46,312 bases of DNA from a virus (Duplodnaviria; Caudoviricetes), in IMG/VR virus record IMGVR_UViG_3300024309_000080, positions 1 through 46,312 of that record. One strand, given 5' to 3'. The position numbers and the translations under genes were made by a program. This document shows, in pieces, positions 18,555 through 27,343 of this stretch. A model generated the notes under the pieces. The model saw only the letters and a list, made by a program, of their open reading frames with translations. It did no database searches and was not told the origin of the DNA. Every line of letters begins with the position of its first letter. Position 1 is the stretch's first letter.

Positions 18555-19496
18555 TCAGGCGACGATTGCCGCGTCGGTGATCGAACTCAGGCGCGTCGCG
18601 CAGTAGTCGCCCTCGTCGACGACGCCGACGTCCCACTCGACGTTCGTGCCGTAGTTGACGGCGTCCTCAAGCAGGCCCATGTCCCGCGCCTTCATCGGCG
18701 TGAGCTGGATGCCCTTGAGGCCGCCGTCCATCAGCGAGAGGACGAAGATGGACGTCGTCACCGCGGAGCCGCCGCCGGACGCAACTTCGTCGAACGGTAG
18801 GATCGACGTGTGGCGGTCCTTCGGATAGCCGGTCAGGATCGGCAGGTCCGCGTAGGACAGCACCGGCTTCCCGATACCGTCGCGGGTCTGCATGATGTAG
18901 CCCGACAGCGCCGTATTGCGCATCGCGGCGATGAAGCGCAGCTTCATCTTGCGCGACATCAGCAGGTGCGTCGGGTTGCGCGTGTTGTCGATCGCCTCAT
19001 CGAGTGCGCCAAGCGATAGCGCCGCACCGCCGGAAGAGGCCGAGTTGGCGACGAGACGACCCTTCGACGAACTGCACCGCGCCTTCAGGCCGTTGAACTC
19101 CTTCGGGTTCGACGTGTTGTCGCCGCCGATGAAGGTGTCGGTGAAGAGCCGGGCCTGCGCCTTCATCTGCATCGCTTCTTCGCGGGAACGGCGGCTTTCA
19201 CCGTGGCGGCGCAGAATCGCCTTGTCTACCTTCAGGATGGTGTCGATCGGGAAGCTCGTTTCCTGGAAGGGAGCGATCTTGCCCTGCGACGAACCGGCGC
19301 CCTCGTTGATCGCGCGGAAGCCGGCGCTGCCGATCGCGGTCTCGCGATACCCTTCATAGGCGGCGCCCTGGAAGGTATCGAACGGGAGAACCTGAAGGAT
19401 GTCGGATTCAGCCGCGAAGGTCTCGATGAGCGGACGCTCGATAGAGGTCTTCTCCAGGCCTTTCGCGTATTCGGGAAGGGTCATAATATCGGGCAT
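18555..19496 (-). CDS. major capsid protein
   Basis: SDILQVLPF, GFRAINEG, GDNTSNPKEFNGL motifs; strong GAGGAG SD; follows the scaffold gene. Confidence 0.88.
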   Translation of the reverse strand: MPDIMTLPEYAKGLEKTSIERPLIETFAAESDILQVLPFDTFQGAAYEGYRETAIGSAGFRAINEGAGSSQGKIAPFQETSFPIDTILKVDKAILRRHGESRRSREEAMQMKAQARLFTDTFIGGDNTSNPKEFNGLKARCSSSKGRLVANSASSGGAALSLGALDEAIDNTRNPTHLLMSRKMKLRFIAAMRNTALSGYIMQTRDGIGKPVLSYADLPILTGYPKDRHTSILPFDEVASGGGSAVTTSIFVLSLMDGGLKGIQLTPMKARDMGLLEDAVNYGTNVEWDVGVVDEGDYCATRLSSITDAAIVA

Positions 19497-19517
19497 TTCA
19501 GTGGCTCCTCAAGGCCG

Positions 19518-20417
19518 TCACTTCTTCGAGTGCTGACGGGCGTAATCGATCCTCTGGGCGTCGGTCATCTTCGCCCAGTCTTCGTCCGAGATATCGGGTT
19601 TTGCGGCATCGCGACCCGCACCCGGATTGCCGGGTACAGCACCTCTGTTGAGGCGCATCAGCGCCTCGAATGCTTCCACGGTTTTCGCCGTGAACATCAT
19701 GCCGGTCAGGGCTTCGGCCTGGTCGGCAGGCAGTTTCGCGCCAATCCAGGTTTTTACCGCGCCGATGCGCTCCTCGCCCTTGGCGCCGAGCAATTCCTTC
19801 TGAGCCTTGACCGCCTCGTTGAGACGGCTTTGCTCGGCAAGGTCCATGCTGACGCCCATAGCGAGCATGCCCTCGAACTGGGCTTGGCTCATCTGGTTGG
19901 CATGGGCGAAGTCCCGCGCCGCCGCGATCCGCGGATCATTCGCATCGAGAGCGCTCTCGCCGTCTGCAAGCTCGACACCATCCGGCAGCTTGAAATCGTG
20001 CGGCAACTTGGCTTCGTACTTGTCTGCGGCATCCGGCACCTGGGCGAGGCGGGCTGAATTCTCGGCGTCGCGCGCGACGAGCGCGTTGAAGTCGTCGGCC
20101 TTGAAGCCCTTCTCCGCGTCCCAGAAGGTCTCCGGGATGAAGTCAGGGCGGACGGGCTTCTGATCGCCGCCACCCTGACCGCCATCGCCGCCGCCCCCGT
20201 TGTCGTCTCCACCCTCGCCACCAGCTCCGGACTCGCCACCGGCTCCACCGTCGCCGCCGGCGCCGCCTGCATCTGGAGGAGAAAGAGGGATACGCGGCCC
20301 GATGGCCGAAGCGAGCACGAACGCGCCGGGGCTACCGGCCAGCAGGCCCGCGCCGAAGCGATTTTCGTGGTGTTGCTCTCGTTCCATTCCGCCGCTCGAA
20401 TTGTTCTTCAGGTCCAT
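19518..20417 (-). CDS. capsid scaffolding protein
   Basis: Gly-rich N-terminal region, RPDFIPETFWD motif, helical body; lies between portal and capsid. Confidence 0.75.
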   Translation of the reverse strand: MDLKNNSSGGMEREQHHENRFGAGLLAGSPGAFVLASAIGPRIPLSPPDAGGAGGDGGAGGESGAGGEGGDDNGGGGDGGQGGGDQKPVRPDFIPETFWDAEKGFKADDFNALVARDAENSARLAQVPDAADKYEAKLPHDFKLPDGVELADGESALDANDPRIAAARDFAHANQMSQAQFEGMLAMGVSMDLAEQSRLNEAVKAQKELLGAKGEERIGAVKTWIGAKLPADQAEALTGMMFTAKTVEAFEALMRLNRGAVPGNPGAGRDAAKPDISDEDWAKMTDAQRIDYARQHSKK

Positions 20418-20622
20418 CGCGTTTATCCGCCTCTGCCATCGCAATCAGATCGGCCGCAAATTTGCGGCGCTCGTCGTGACGGTGCAAAGCACAGGTGTCG
20501 ACCGGACCGGTTTCCATGACGACGGAGCGGAGGAATGCGAAGAACGGAGCGCTCTCCGGCTGGCGCGAGAACCAACGGACAGCGTGTTCAAGCTCATCGT
20601 CTCCAACCTTGACGACGGTCAT
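20332..20622 (-). CDS. small head-module protein
   Basis: ATGA-coupled to the portal gene; 96 aa. Confidence 0.65.
   Translation of the reverse strand: MTVVKVGDDELEHAVRWFSRQPESAPFFAFLRSVVMETGPVDTCALHRHDERRKFAADLIAMAEADKRDGPEEQFERRNGTRATPRKSLRRGPAGR
20484..20494 (-). promoter_or_regulatory. phage promoter motif (scaffold and capsid)
   Basis: TTGCAC-17 nt-CAAATT, embedded in the upstream CDS. Confidence 0.7.
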
Positions 20623-22220
20623 TGCTCGCCTCCTGGAACAACGCCGGCCTGCTGTGCGGCGCCGAGGATCGTGCCGACGAGCTCCTGTGCCTGCGCCTGA
20701 TCGCGCAGAATGACGACGTCGTCCTTCGTCAGCGCCTTCAGCCTGTCGATGGTCGCACGCTCATCAATGGCGGCCGCGGCGGTTTCCGGGAAATAGTTCT
20801 TCGCGATTCCGAGAACCTGCATGCCGATCTGCACCTTCTGGTTATCGGCGGCCTGGGTGGCGGGATTGTTCGGGATCAACGTCAGTTTCTTGCCGTTGAT
20901 CGTGACGTCCTCGATCCGGCCGTCCTTCTCCAGCAGCCACTCGAAACGGCGATAAATGGCATACGGCCCCTCGCGCCAGAACTTTTTCCCGGGCGTCCCG
21001 ATGCGGCGCTGCGCCTTGACCATCTCGTCGACCCATTGCGTCGCGGTCGGCGGCGTGTCGCCCTTTTGCTCCGGATAGTCGGCGAAGTGTTTCCGGCGGA
21101 TTCTCCGCTCCAGATCGGTCGCGGTGTAGAAACCGAGATCGGGGTCGCCCTCGAAATAGAGCTTGGCGATATCGCGGCCGGAACCGGGACGCATCGGATA
21201 CGCCTTGCCGGATTCCAAGCCGTTCTCGAAGTCGAGGACGCCGTCGTCGGGGTAGCCGATCGGCGGTGCAATGGCGATGTCCACGCGATCTTGCGTCGCC
21301 GCCGTGATGACATCGAGGACGCGATATTCCTGCAGCGATTTGATCGACGGACCGAAGCCCCATGCGAACTGGCTGTCCGGCGACATGCGGGCGATGATCA
21401 GCGGGAGGCATCCCTCGCCCTCAAGCAATTGCTGGTGCACAGCGATCTTGTCGACAAGGAGGACGTGGACCCACTTGTCGTTTTCGGGGTCCGACCAGTC
21501 CCTCCAGAAACACCAGACGATTTCGACGGTGCAATTCTTCTCGTTGGCGATCTTGCGCGCGACCTTCTCCGGAAGGGGGACGTCGGGAATGACGGCCTTG
21601 ACCTTCGACCCCTTCACCCATCGGACTCGGAAACGGTCGCCGACGGAGCCATCGGCCTCGACGTTGAACTCCAGCTCCGTGGTGGGGACATGCTGCACGC
21701 TGATCGGGCGGGTGTTGTGGGGCTTCTCGATCCACCAGCCCACGGTTCCCACGGCGAGGTGTGGATCGAGGACCGTCCCGAGCTCGGATTCAAAATTCGA
21801 CGCGCGGATCGCCGAGAATATCTTCGCCGTCCGGGCCGTGGCATCCTCCCTCAGGTCGGCGATCTCTTCCGCCTTCAAGTCCTCCAACTCGGACTCGTCG
21901 ATGGTTGCCTCAACCCAGTTCGTGCCCTGCGGGAAGAACGCGGCAGTGGCTTCCGTTGCGAAATCCTCGGAGACCTCGGAACCGATGCCGGTGGCGAGAT
22001 CGGAGTCCTCACCATCGCGCCGGCTTGGCTTTTTCGCGGTCGATGCGACCTGAAACGAGAGGCGAGGGCGCGTGAAGAAATAGGCTTCCTTCAGGTCGAG
22101 CTCGGCGTCGGTCTTCTGCGCGCGGGCGTCACGGAGCCGGGCGCATGCGTCCTCGCCGATGGCCTTCATGTCAGGCCCGGGCGTGGTTGCTTTCTTCGCT
22201 GCCGGCTTCTGGATCGCCAT
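20619..22220 (-). CDS. portal (head-to-tail connector) protein
   Basis: 533 aa; ASNF, WGFGP and PPTAT motifs of T7/BPP-1-type portals. Confidence 0.88.
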   Translation of the reverse strand: MAIQKPAAKKATTPGPDMKAIGEDACARLRDARAQKTDAELDLKEAYFFTRPRLSFQVASTAKKPSRRDGEDSDLATGIGSEVSEDFATEATAAFFPQGTNWVEATIDESELEDLKAEEIADLREDATARTAKIFSAIRASNFESELGTVLDPHLAVGTVGWWIEKPHNTRPISVQHVPTTELEFNVEADGSVGDRFRVRWVKGSKVKAVIPDVPLPEKVARKIANEKNCTVEIVWCFWRDWSDPENDKWVHVLLVDKIAVHQQLLEGEGCLPLIIARMSPDSQFAWGFGPSIKSLQEYRVLDVITAATQDRVDIAIAPPIGYPDDGVLDFENGLESGKAYPMRPGSGRDIAKLYFEGDPDLGFYTATDLERRIRRKHFADYPEQKGDTPPTATQWVDEMVKAQRRIGTPGKKFWREGPYAIYRRFEWLLEKDGRIEDVTINGKKLTLIPNNPATQAADNQKVQIGMQVLGIAKNYFPETAAAAIDERATIDRLKALTKDDVVILRDQAQAQELVGTILGAAQQAGVVPGGEQ

Positions 22221-22227
22221 TCGAGGC

Positions 22228-22410
22228 TCACATCGGGCGGAAGAGGCTGGAGGTGCCGCCGCCGACCAGAGCGCGGCGAGACCCGAAATAGCGAAGCGCC
22301 GCGTCCGTCTCGGTCCCGAGGCGGTCCTGTATCGCGTTCACCTTCTCCGTCGCCGCCGCCTGTTTCTGGCGTTCGAGTTCAGGATCTTTTTCCACCTTGG
22401 GAGTTTTCAT
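22228..22410 (-). CDS. small virion assembly protein
   Basis: 60 aa, basic/Pro N-terminus, typical position before the portal. Confidence 0.6.
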   Translation of the reverse strand: MKTPKVEKDPELERQKQAAATEKVNAIQDRLGTETDAALRYFGSRRALVGGGTSSLFRPM

Positions 22411-22855
22411 CGTCGCGCCCTTCCGAGCCAATCAATTCGCCGCCTTTAGCGAGAATTTGCCGGTAAAGGGTGTCCGGTCGCAAAGCACAGGTGCGCAGAC
22501 CGATGATGTGGGCGACGGCCGGCACGCACCAGAAGCCCGGACGGAAGACGAAGCCGGACGCGTCGGAGAGAAGGCGCGGGAATCGGATCACCGGCCCGCT
22601 CATCGAATAGTAGGCGATCGCCATGTCCGCCTCCCAGTCGCCAACCACGATGACGTGGGCGCGGTCGGTATGGAGATCGTAGAACACCCAGGAGCCGGAG
22701 CGCGGCACCTTGCCGAACACGCTGACATGCTTGAAGCGGCCCCAAGCGAGCAGGTTTACCCACCACTTGTCGCTCTTCTCGTGAAAGACCACGAACCATT
22801 CCGCTGGTTCGCATTCTGCCAGCGGAAGCCGGCTGTTGAGATCGTCAGAATCCAC
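22379..22855 (-). CDS. putative permuted papain-like peptidase
   Basis: GTG start with GAGG; FKHVSVF (His) precedes FWCVPAV (Cys) and LRPDTL. Confidence 0.5.
   Translation of the reverse strand: MDSDDLNSRLPLAECEPAEWFVVFHEKSDKWWVNLLAWGRFKHVSVFGKVPRSGSWVFYDLHTDRAHVIVVGDWEADMAIAYYSMSGPVIRFPRLLSDASGFVFRPGFWCVPAVAHIIGLRTCALRPDTLYRQILAKGGELIGSEGRDDENSQGGKRS
22480..22490 (-). promoter_or_regulatory. phage promoter motif (portal operon)
   Basis: TTGCGA-18 nt-CAAATT, embedded in a CDS. Confidence 0.65.
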
Positions 22856-24440
22856 CGCGTCGCCTCGATTTCTTGTGAACCTTGATGTCGACAGGGCCCC
22901 TTTTGCCGGTGCGGTCCCGCCCCACGACGACCCGGCCCTCGCCGGCGCCGAGAACCATGTACTGGCAAGCGTCCGCGATGTCGGAATACCGATCCTTGAA
23001 CGGCTTTTCCTCGTGTCGGGCGGTGCCCTTGATGCGCTTGAAGTGATAGCCGCCGGCACACGCCACTTTCAGCGTACGGCAATGCGTGCCGCAGACCAGA
23101 AAGCGCGGCAGGCCGTTCACCATGGTGATCATGGCGTATTCGACGGCCTCGATCCGGGTCTGGATGTGGTTGTTCTTCACCGGCGCTGGCGTCACGGGCA
23201 TCCCGAACGACCGGAAAATGTCATAGGCCGTGTTCTCATCGGCCTGCGTGCCGTCCTCACCCTTCGGATCGCCGAAGAACTCGACGGAGAAGCCGCCCGG
23301 ATCGCCCTTGCTGGAGGCGAGGTGCCAGTCGCCGAGGCGCTGATCGAGCAACTGCTTCACCAACGGCGCGAAAATCGACGCGCCGACGCCGCTGGCAGCG
23401 CGCTCCGCGAAGATCAGCCAGCGATTGTTGACGAGCTGCCCGACGACACAGGCCGGATTGCGGCCGAAGTCGAGGCCGACATAGACCGGCCAGCCCGGGA
23501 TCGGTTCGAGCGGCGTCTTCGAGACATGGGAATCCTCGTTGAACTGCTCCCAGACCGGCTTGCCGTCGACATAGACCGTGATCTTGTTGAGGACGCGGGA
23601 ATCAATCCACTTCTTCGCCTTCCCCTTGATCTTCTCCGCATAATAGCCGGGCTTCAGCCATTTCGTATTCTCGGCGCGCGGGTTCATCTTGTACCCGATC
23701 AGCGTGCCGCCGCCGTCCTTCACCTCCAGCATCGCCGGCGGCTGGACATGGTATCCCCAGTTGTCGGGCTTCTGGTAGGCCAGCCGCTCCTCCTCCGTCC
23801 AATCGTCGGGAAGCGGTACCTCGCCCATCATCAAGGGGATGAAATGATCTTCGCGCGGCGCGTTCATGTCGGCGATCACGCCGTCCCACGTCGCCCCGCC
23901 GTCCTTCACGGCCGGATATCGGCCGGTGCGCGACTCCGCTTCGTCGACGATGGCCTTCTCGATGAATTCGAGCTCGTTGAACCAGATGCCGGTGAACTCG
24001 AACGAGCGCAGCTTGCGGATATCGTCTTCGCTATCGAGCGCGAGGAAGATGATCTCCATCTCGACGTCGCCCAGGCGGATGACATGCCGGAAAGGACGAT
24101 CCCAGTAGAACCGGCCGTACATGTCTTCCGGGAACCAGTCGAGCCACGACTTCACCGTCGTGTTTTTCAGGTCGGGGAAGGTGTTGCGGCAGACCGCCCA
24201 GCGCGTCTTGCGGACACCATCCGCGTTGGGCGCCTGCTCGTTCGAGATCATCCACATCTTCATGATGCAGGCGGTCGAGGTGCCGGAGCCGATAGATCCG
24301 CGGATGATCGAGACGTGCTTCCGGCATTCGAGGAAATCGCGCAGGACCTGGCCGTCGGGCTCGTAGATCTTCCGGCCCTCGCCGTCAAATTCGACTTGCG
24401 GCAGTTCCGCCGGGCGCTCGGGCTCTTCAATCCTGAGCAT
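22845..24440 (-). CDS. terL: terminase large subunit
   Basis: Walker A-like RGSIGSGTS, Walker B-like GIWFNE, nuclease GLDFG and terminal DACQY. Confidence 0.92.
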   Translation of the reverse strand: MLRIEEPERPAELPQVEFDGEGRKIYEPDGQVLRDFLECRKHVSIIRGSIGSGTSTACIMKMWMISNEQAPNADGVRKTRWAVCRNTFPDLKNTTVKSWLDWFPEDMYGRFYWDRPFRHVIRLGDVEMEIIFLALDSEDDIRKLRSFEFTGIWFNELEFIEKAIVDEAESRTGRYPAVKDGGATWDGVIADMNAPREDHFIPLMMGEVPLPDDWTEEERLAYQKPDNWGYHVQPPAMLEVKDGGGTLIGYKMNPRAENTKWLKPGYYAEKIKGKAKKWIDSRVLNKITVYVDGKPVWEQFNEDSHVSKTPLEPIPGWPVYVGLDFGRNPACVVGQLVNNRWLIFAERAASGVGASIFAPLVKQLLDQRLGDWHLASSKGDPGGFSVEFFGDPKGEDGTQADENTAYDIFRSFGMPVTPAPVKNNHIQTRIEAVEYAMITMVNGLPRFLVCGTHCRTLKVACAGGYHFKRIKGTARHEEKPFKDRYSDIADACQYMVLGAGEGRVVVGRDRTGKRGPVDIKVHKKSRRRGGF

Positions 24441-24694
24441 CAGCCGTCGATCTCCGAATAAATCTGCCCGGCGAGCGTCAGGCCGCCGCGCATGGACGCG
24501 ATGCGGCGCTCGGCATCGTCGAAGTCATAGGCGAAGAACCGGATCGAGAACGTCGAGCCGTCGTGTTCGAAATCGGCGAGGAAGGTGAACATCGGACGGC
24601 CGAACTGGTCGACGGTCCGAAACTCGGCGTCAGGGCCAGTTCGGCGGTCACGTTCGGCTTCAAGGGAAATGACGTCGGGCATGATCAGCCTCAC
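24440..24694 (-). CDS. hypothetical protein
   Basis: 84 aa, coupled to both neighbours. Confidence 0.7.
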   Translation of the reverse strand: MRLIMPDVISLEAERDRRTGPDAEFRTVDQFGRPMFTFLADFEHDGSTFSIRFFAYDFDDAERRIASMRGGLTLAGQIYSEIDG

Positions 24695-24930
24695 GCGCCG
24701 AGTTCAGGCCGTAGGCTGTGCCATTCGCAGGCGGCGCGCATGGTTGCGATTATCTTGCGGTTTTTCTCAGGAATGACGTCGCCCTTGGCGTTCTTTCCTG
24801 TCGAGGCGATCAGAGCCGATTCCGCATTGAGTTTGCTGGCGTGCTCGATGCACTTGGCTTCGGTGATGGGGAGCGGACCAATCACGCCCCCGATCTGCGC
24901 GCCAGCGTAGATGATCAGAAACAGTTTCAT
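24691..24930 (-). CDS. hypothetical protein
   Basis: MKLFLIIYAG start with GGAGAG upstream; two Cys. Confidence 0.65.
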   Translation of the reverse strand: MKLFLIIYAGAQIGGVIGPLPITEAKCIEHASKLNAESALIASTGKNAKGDVIPEKNRKIIATMRAACEWHSLRPELGA

Positions 24931-24983
24931 CACACTCTCCATCGCTTGAGATGCGCGCATCATCGGCGGCGGGGAGGAACGCG

Positions 24984-24994
24984 GCAAAGCACTG
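24984..24994 (-). promoter_or_regulatory. phage promoter motif (terL operon)
   Basis: TTGCCG-17 nt-GATGAT. Confidence 0.75.
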
Positions 24995-25011
24995 GCGGAG
25001 GTGATGCCCAA

Positions 25012-25535
25012 ATGGCTAGCCGGCCGCCCTTCAATCCCGGTTTCTCAGGGCTTTGAAGGTGATTTCCTTGCCAAGACCGGCCGGCTCAGTTCGTGCATTT
25101 TTTGCACATACTGTTACGGCTATGCCGTATGGGGTCGGGAAGGCAGGAAAGCGCGTGAACCTTGCCAGCCTCGCCCGTAAGGGCCGCTCCAGACGCTACA
25201 TGGGCGCTTAGGGCTGGTCACTTTCTTCCCGATCTCGTTTGCCTTTCGGCGAATTCAGACGGCGGAGGCCAGCCCGCCGACCTGCAAAGCAGGATTTGAG
25301 TTGGGCCCGCCTTCCTCAGCACGCGTGGCTGGGTACTACCGAGTTTCGCGTCCCCGCGGCATCTAAGGGTCTTTCACCTACTCTGCCGCCACGCTCCGAG
25401 AATCTACGACCGTGCGCTATCGGAAGCGCGCCACACGGAAGTTTCCGCCCTATCGAGCGAACTAGCCGGGAAGGAACGGCCGGGCACGAACCCCAACCTT
25501 CACGACCGCCTAACATTGGCATGGCCGCCTTCCCG
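25012..25535 (-). ncRNA. putative large structured non-coding RNA (about 520 nt)
   Basis: no credible CDS; own promoter motif upstream; many nested helices, GAAA loops and a long-range stem 25458-25469/25081-25093; ends approximate. Confidence 0.7.
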
Positions 25536-25567
25536 CAGCAGAATATCGCCTGTGCGGCACCCGATCG

Positions 25568-25578
25568 GCAAAGCACTC
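25568..25578 (-). promoter_or_regulatory. phage promoter motif driving the putative ncRNA
   Basis: GTGCTTTGCCG-18 nt-GATATT; predicted start near 25535, at the first helix. Confidence 0.7.
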
Positions 25579-25738
25579 AAAGCCGACGGGTGAGATACAG
25601 CCAGCTCATCCCCACAAAGGCCGCGAATTTATCCCAGAAGCCCGGGGCGACATCGACACCGCCGCAATCGCACCAGCCCGGCCGCTTCGCAGGGCCCCGA
25701 TGCAATGAGCAATCCGACCAGTGGTTTCCCGTATCCAT
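25577..25738 (-). CDS. small Cys/His protein
   Basis: GGAG upstream; HWSDC..WCDC motif. Confidence 0.6.
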   Translation of the reverse strand: MDTGNHWSDCSLHRGPAKRPGWCDCGGVDVAPGFWDKFAAFVGMSWLYLTRRL

Positions 25739-25808
25739 CGCCGTTTCTCCGTAGCTGAAAAAAATTCCGCGTCCCGAATGCCTGAAATGCGCATGTTGTG
25801 GGTGAGGG

Positions 25809-25958
25809 TCAATCGCAGGCCTGAAGCTCGGCGTTCCAGTTCTGCTTCTTCGTGCCGTAGCACTGGACATCGAGAACGCCGAACAGAATGCAGATCGTAA
25901 GCCCAAGCGCTGCCCCAACCGCCAAGCTTACGATCATTGACTTCATTTCTCTGGCCAT
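25809..25958 (-). CDS. small membrane protein
   Basis: AGGAG upstream; one TM helix. Confidence 0.55.
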   Translation of the reverse strand: MAREMKSMIVSLAVGAALGLTICILFGVLDVQCYGTKKQNWNAELQACD

Positions 25959-26120
25959 CTTCGTCACTCCTGATCGAATGAAAAATTTTTGAGGTCGAAC
26001 ATCTGGAAGAGCGCGAACATTGTGTGAGGGTGGAACTGGAAACTTCGCGGCCAATTTTGCCCCCACCCCCGCCTCTGAGGCCTCGAAATCGAGAACGAAC
26101 CCGGTACGGGGGCGCGTTCC

Positions 26121-26678
26121 TCAATCCTCCTCGGGAACGCCTTCCAATGTTTCTAAGCCGATAACCTCATCCTGCTCCAGATGGTCTATCTGTGGTGCGC
26201 TCTTCACGTCGTTCCGCCGGTCGATCTTGATCACGTAGCCAGGCGTCACCTTCACCGTGTTGTTGACCTGCACGTTGACCTGTGTGGCGCCGACCGCGTG
26301 GCTCGGGCGATCCATGCCGTCGAGGTACTTCGCGGCCTCGAACTGGATGCGCTCGGTCTTTGCTTCATCGACAAGCTCGATCATCTTACGCAAGGCGCGG
26401 GGGCGACCGCTCGTCCTCAACACCTCCATACACTCGTTCATGTAGGCCAAGGTCTGGGGTTTGGTGAGTGCGGCGCGAAGGCTTTCGTCATGCATGCCAA
26501 CGGTTTCGGCGGCCTCTCTGCGCTTCTGGCCTTCGTACACCATCAGCTCGATTGCCAGCTTCGTCTTCGGATTGAGCGCGATCTCTTTCTTCTGCTTTGC
26601 GACGATGGCTTTCGCGGATCGCGCCTTTGCCCCGTAATCCTTCGCCTGCTTTACTGGCCTTGGCATGGTGGTCATCAT
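26121..26678 (-). CDS. terminase small subunit-like HTH protein
   Basis: HTH-like segment (RREAAETVGM), ERIQFEAAKYLD, C-terminal GYVIKID; upstream of terL; start trimmed. Confidence 0.6.
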   Translation of the reverse strand: MMTTMPRPVKQAKDYGAKARSAKAIVAKQKKEIALNPKTKLAIELMVYEGQKRREAAETVGMHDESLRAALTKPQTLAYMNECMEVLRTSGRPRALRKMIELVDEAKTERIQFEAAKYLDGMDRPSHAVGATQVNVQVNNTVKVTPGYVIKIDRRNDVKSAPQIDHLEQDEVIGLETLEGVPEED

Positions 26679-26723
26679 TCCTGCTGATCTGTGGGTGACG
26701 ATATCGGGATCGAAATCGCTTCG

Positions 26724-26734
26724 GCAAAGCACGC
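26724..26734 (-). promoter_or_regulatory. phage promoter motif (terS)
   Basis: GTGCTTTGCCG-18 nt-TATCGT. Confidence 0.65.
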
Positions 26735-26740
26735 TCTCCC

Positions 26741-26870
26741 GGTTCTCGTTTCCGTTTCCGTTTCGATTTCCGTTTCGGTTTCTCGTCTCCGTATCTATCT
26801 CTCGTTTCCGTCTCTCGTTTCTCGTTTCCTGCCATAGCATTGGGATGGCATACGAATGGCATTGCCATGC
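26741..26870. repeat. degenerate CGTTTC hexamer array plus TGCCAT/ATGGCA repeats
   Basis: strongly pyrimidine-skewed tract 26741-26829, then four TGCCAT copies in both orientations. Confidence 0.85.
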
Positions 26871-27343
26871 TATTTGCTTCGAGGATTAAGATAGGTGGAG
26901 TTCAGGAGGCGGGAATCCCGGTTTTCCTGATGGTTGCGCGGCTTCTCTCGTGAAGCCTCGAAGGATACGAGGGCGTTTTCCATCGCTTCTCGGATGGTGT
27001 CGCTGTTGATATCGGCGATCATGCGCCTTGCACCCTGCATGTGCTTCTCTGTGGCGATCTGGCTGTGGCTGAACCAGCGGTCGACCATGATTTCCTGTGT
27101 ATCAGGATCGAACCGGATCAGGCCGGCATCCTGCAACTCGTTGAGGTGGTTACGAACCTGATCAGGCTGCCACCTGAGATCGGCAGCGATGTAGAGATCG
27201 GGAGCGCGAAAGCAGCCGATCATGGTTTGGTGCGGACCAGCGAGGCAGTAGAAGAACAGCTCTCTGGCCTCGCTGCTGACCGACAGGTAACGGTCGGACT
27301 GGAAGACGGCAGGCGATATCATGGTGAACTTCCTGCTGCTCAT
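26870..27343 (-). CDS. replication initiator N-terminal-like (winged helix) protein
   Basis: SRKFTMISPAVF..LSVSSEARELFFYCLAGPH..IGCF..IAADL..LNELQDAGLIRFD pattern. Confidence 0.6.
   Translation of the reverse strand: MSSRKFTMISPAVFQSDRYLSVSSEARELFFYCLAGPHQTMIGCFRAPDLYIAADLRWQPDQVRNHLNELQDAGLIRFDPDTQEIMVDRWFSHSQIATEKHMQGARRMIADINSDTIREAMENALVSFEASREKPRNHQENRDSRLLNSTYLNPRSK

Noticed and set aside
25012-25090. tRNA or tmRNA at the 3' end of the structured region (stem followed by CCA)
   Set aside because: No T-loop GTTC, D arm or anticodon arm; the CCA may be chance
25281-25293. Tenth promoter copy (GCAAAGCAG)
   Set aside because: Mismatch in the core; it forms the CCTGC-TTT-GCAGG hairpin of the putative RNA
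25012-25535. RNase P RNA or a group I/II intron
   Set aside because: GAGGAAGGCGGGC only loosely resembles RNase P CR-I; other conserved cores were not found and no gene is interrupted
25239-25754. ORFs 25239..25754 (+) and 25316..25576 (-)
   Set aside because: No SD, atypical composition, and they overlap the promoter motif and RNA helices
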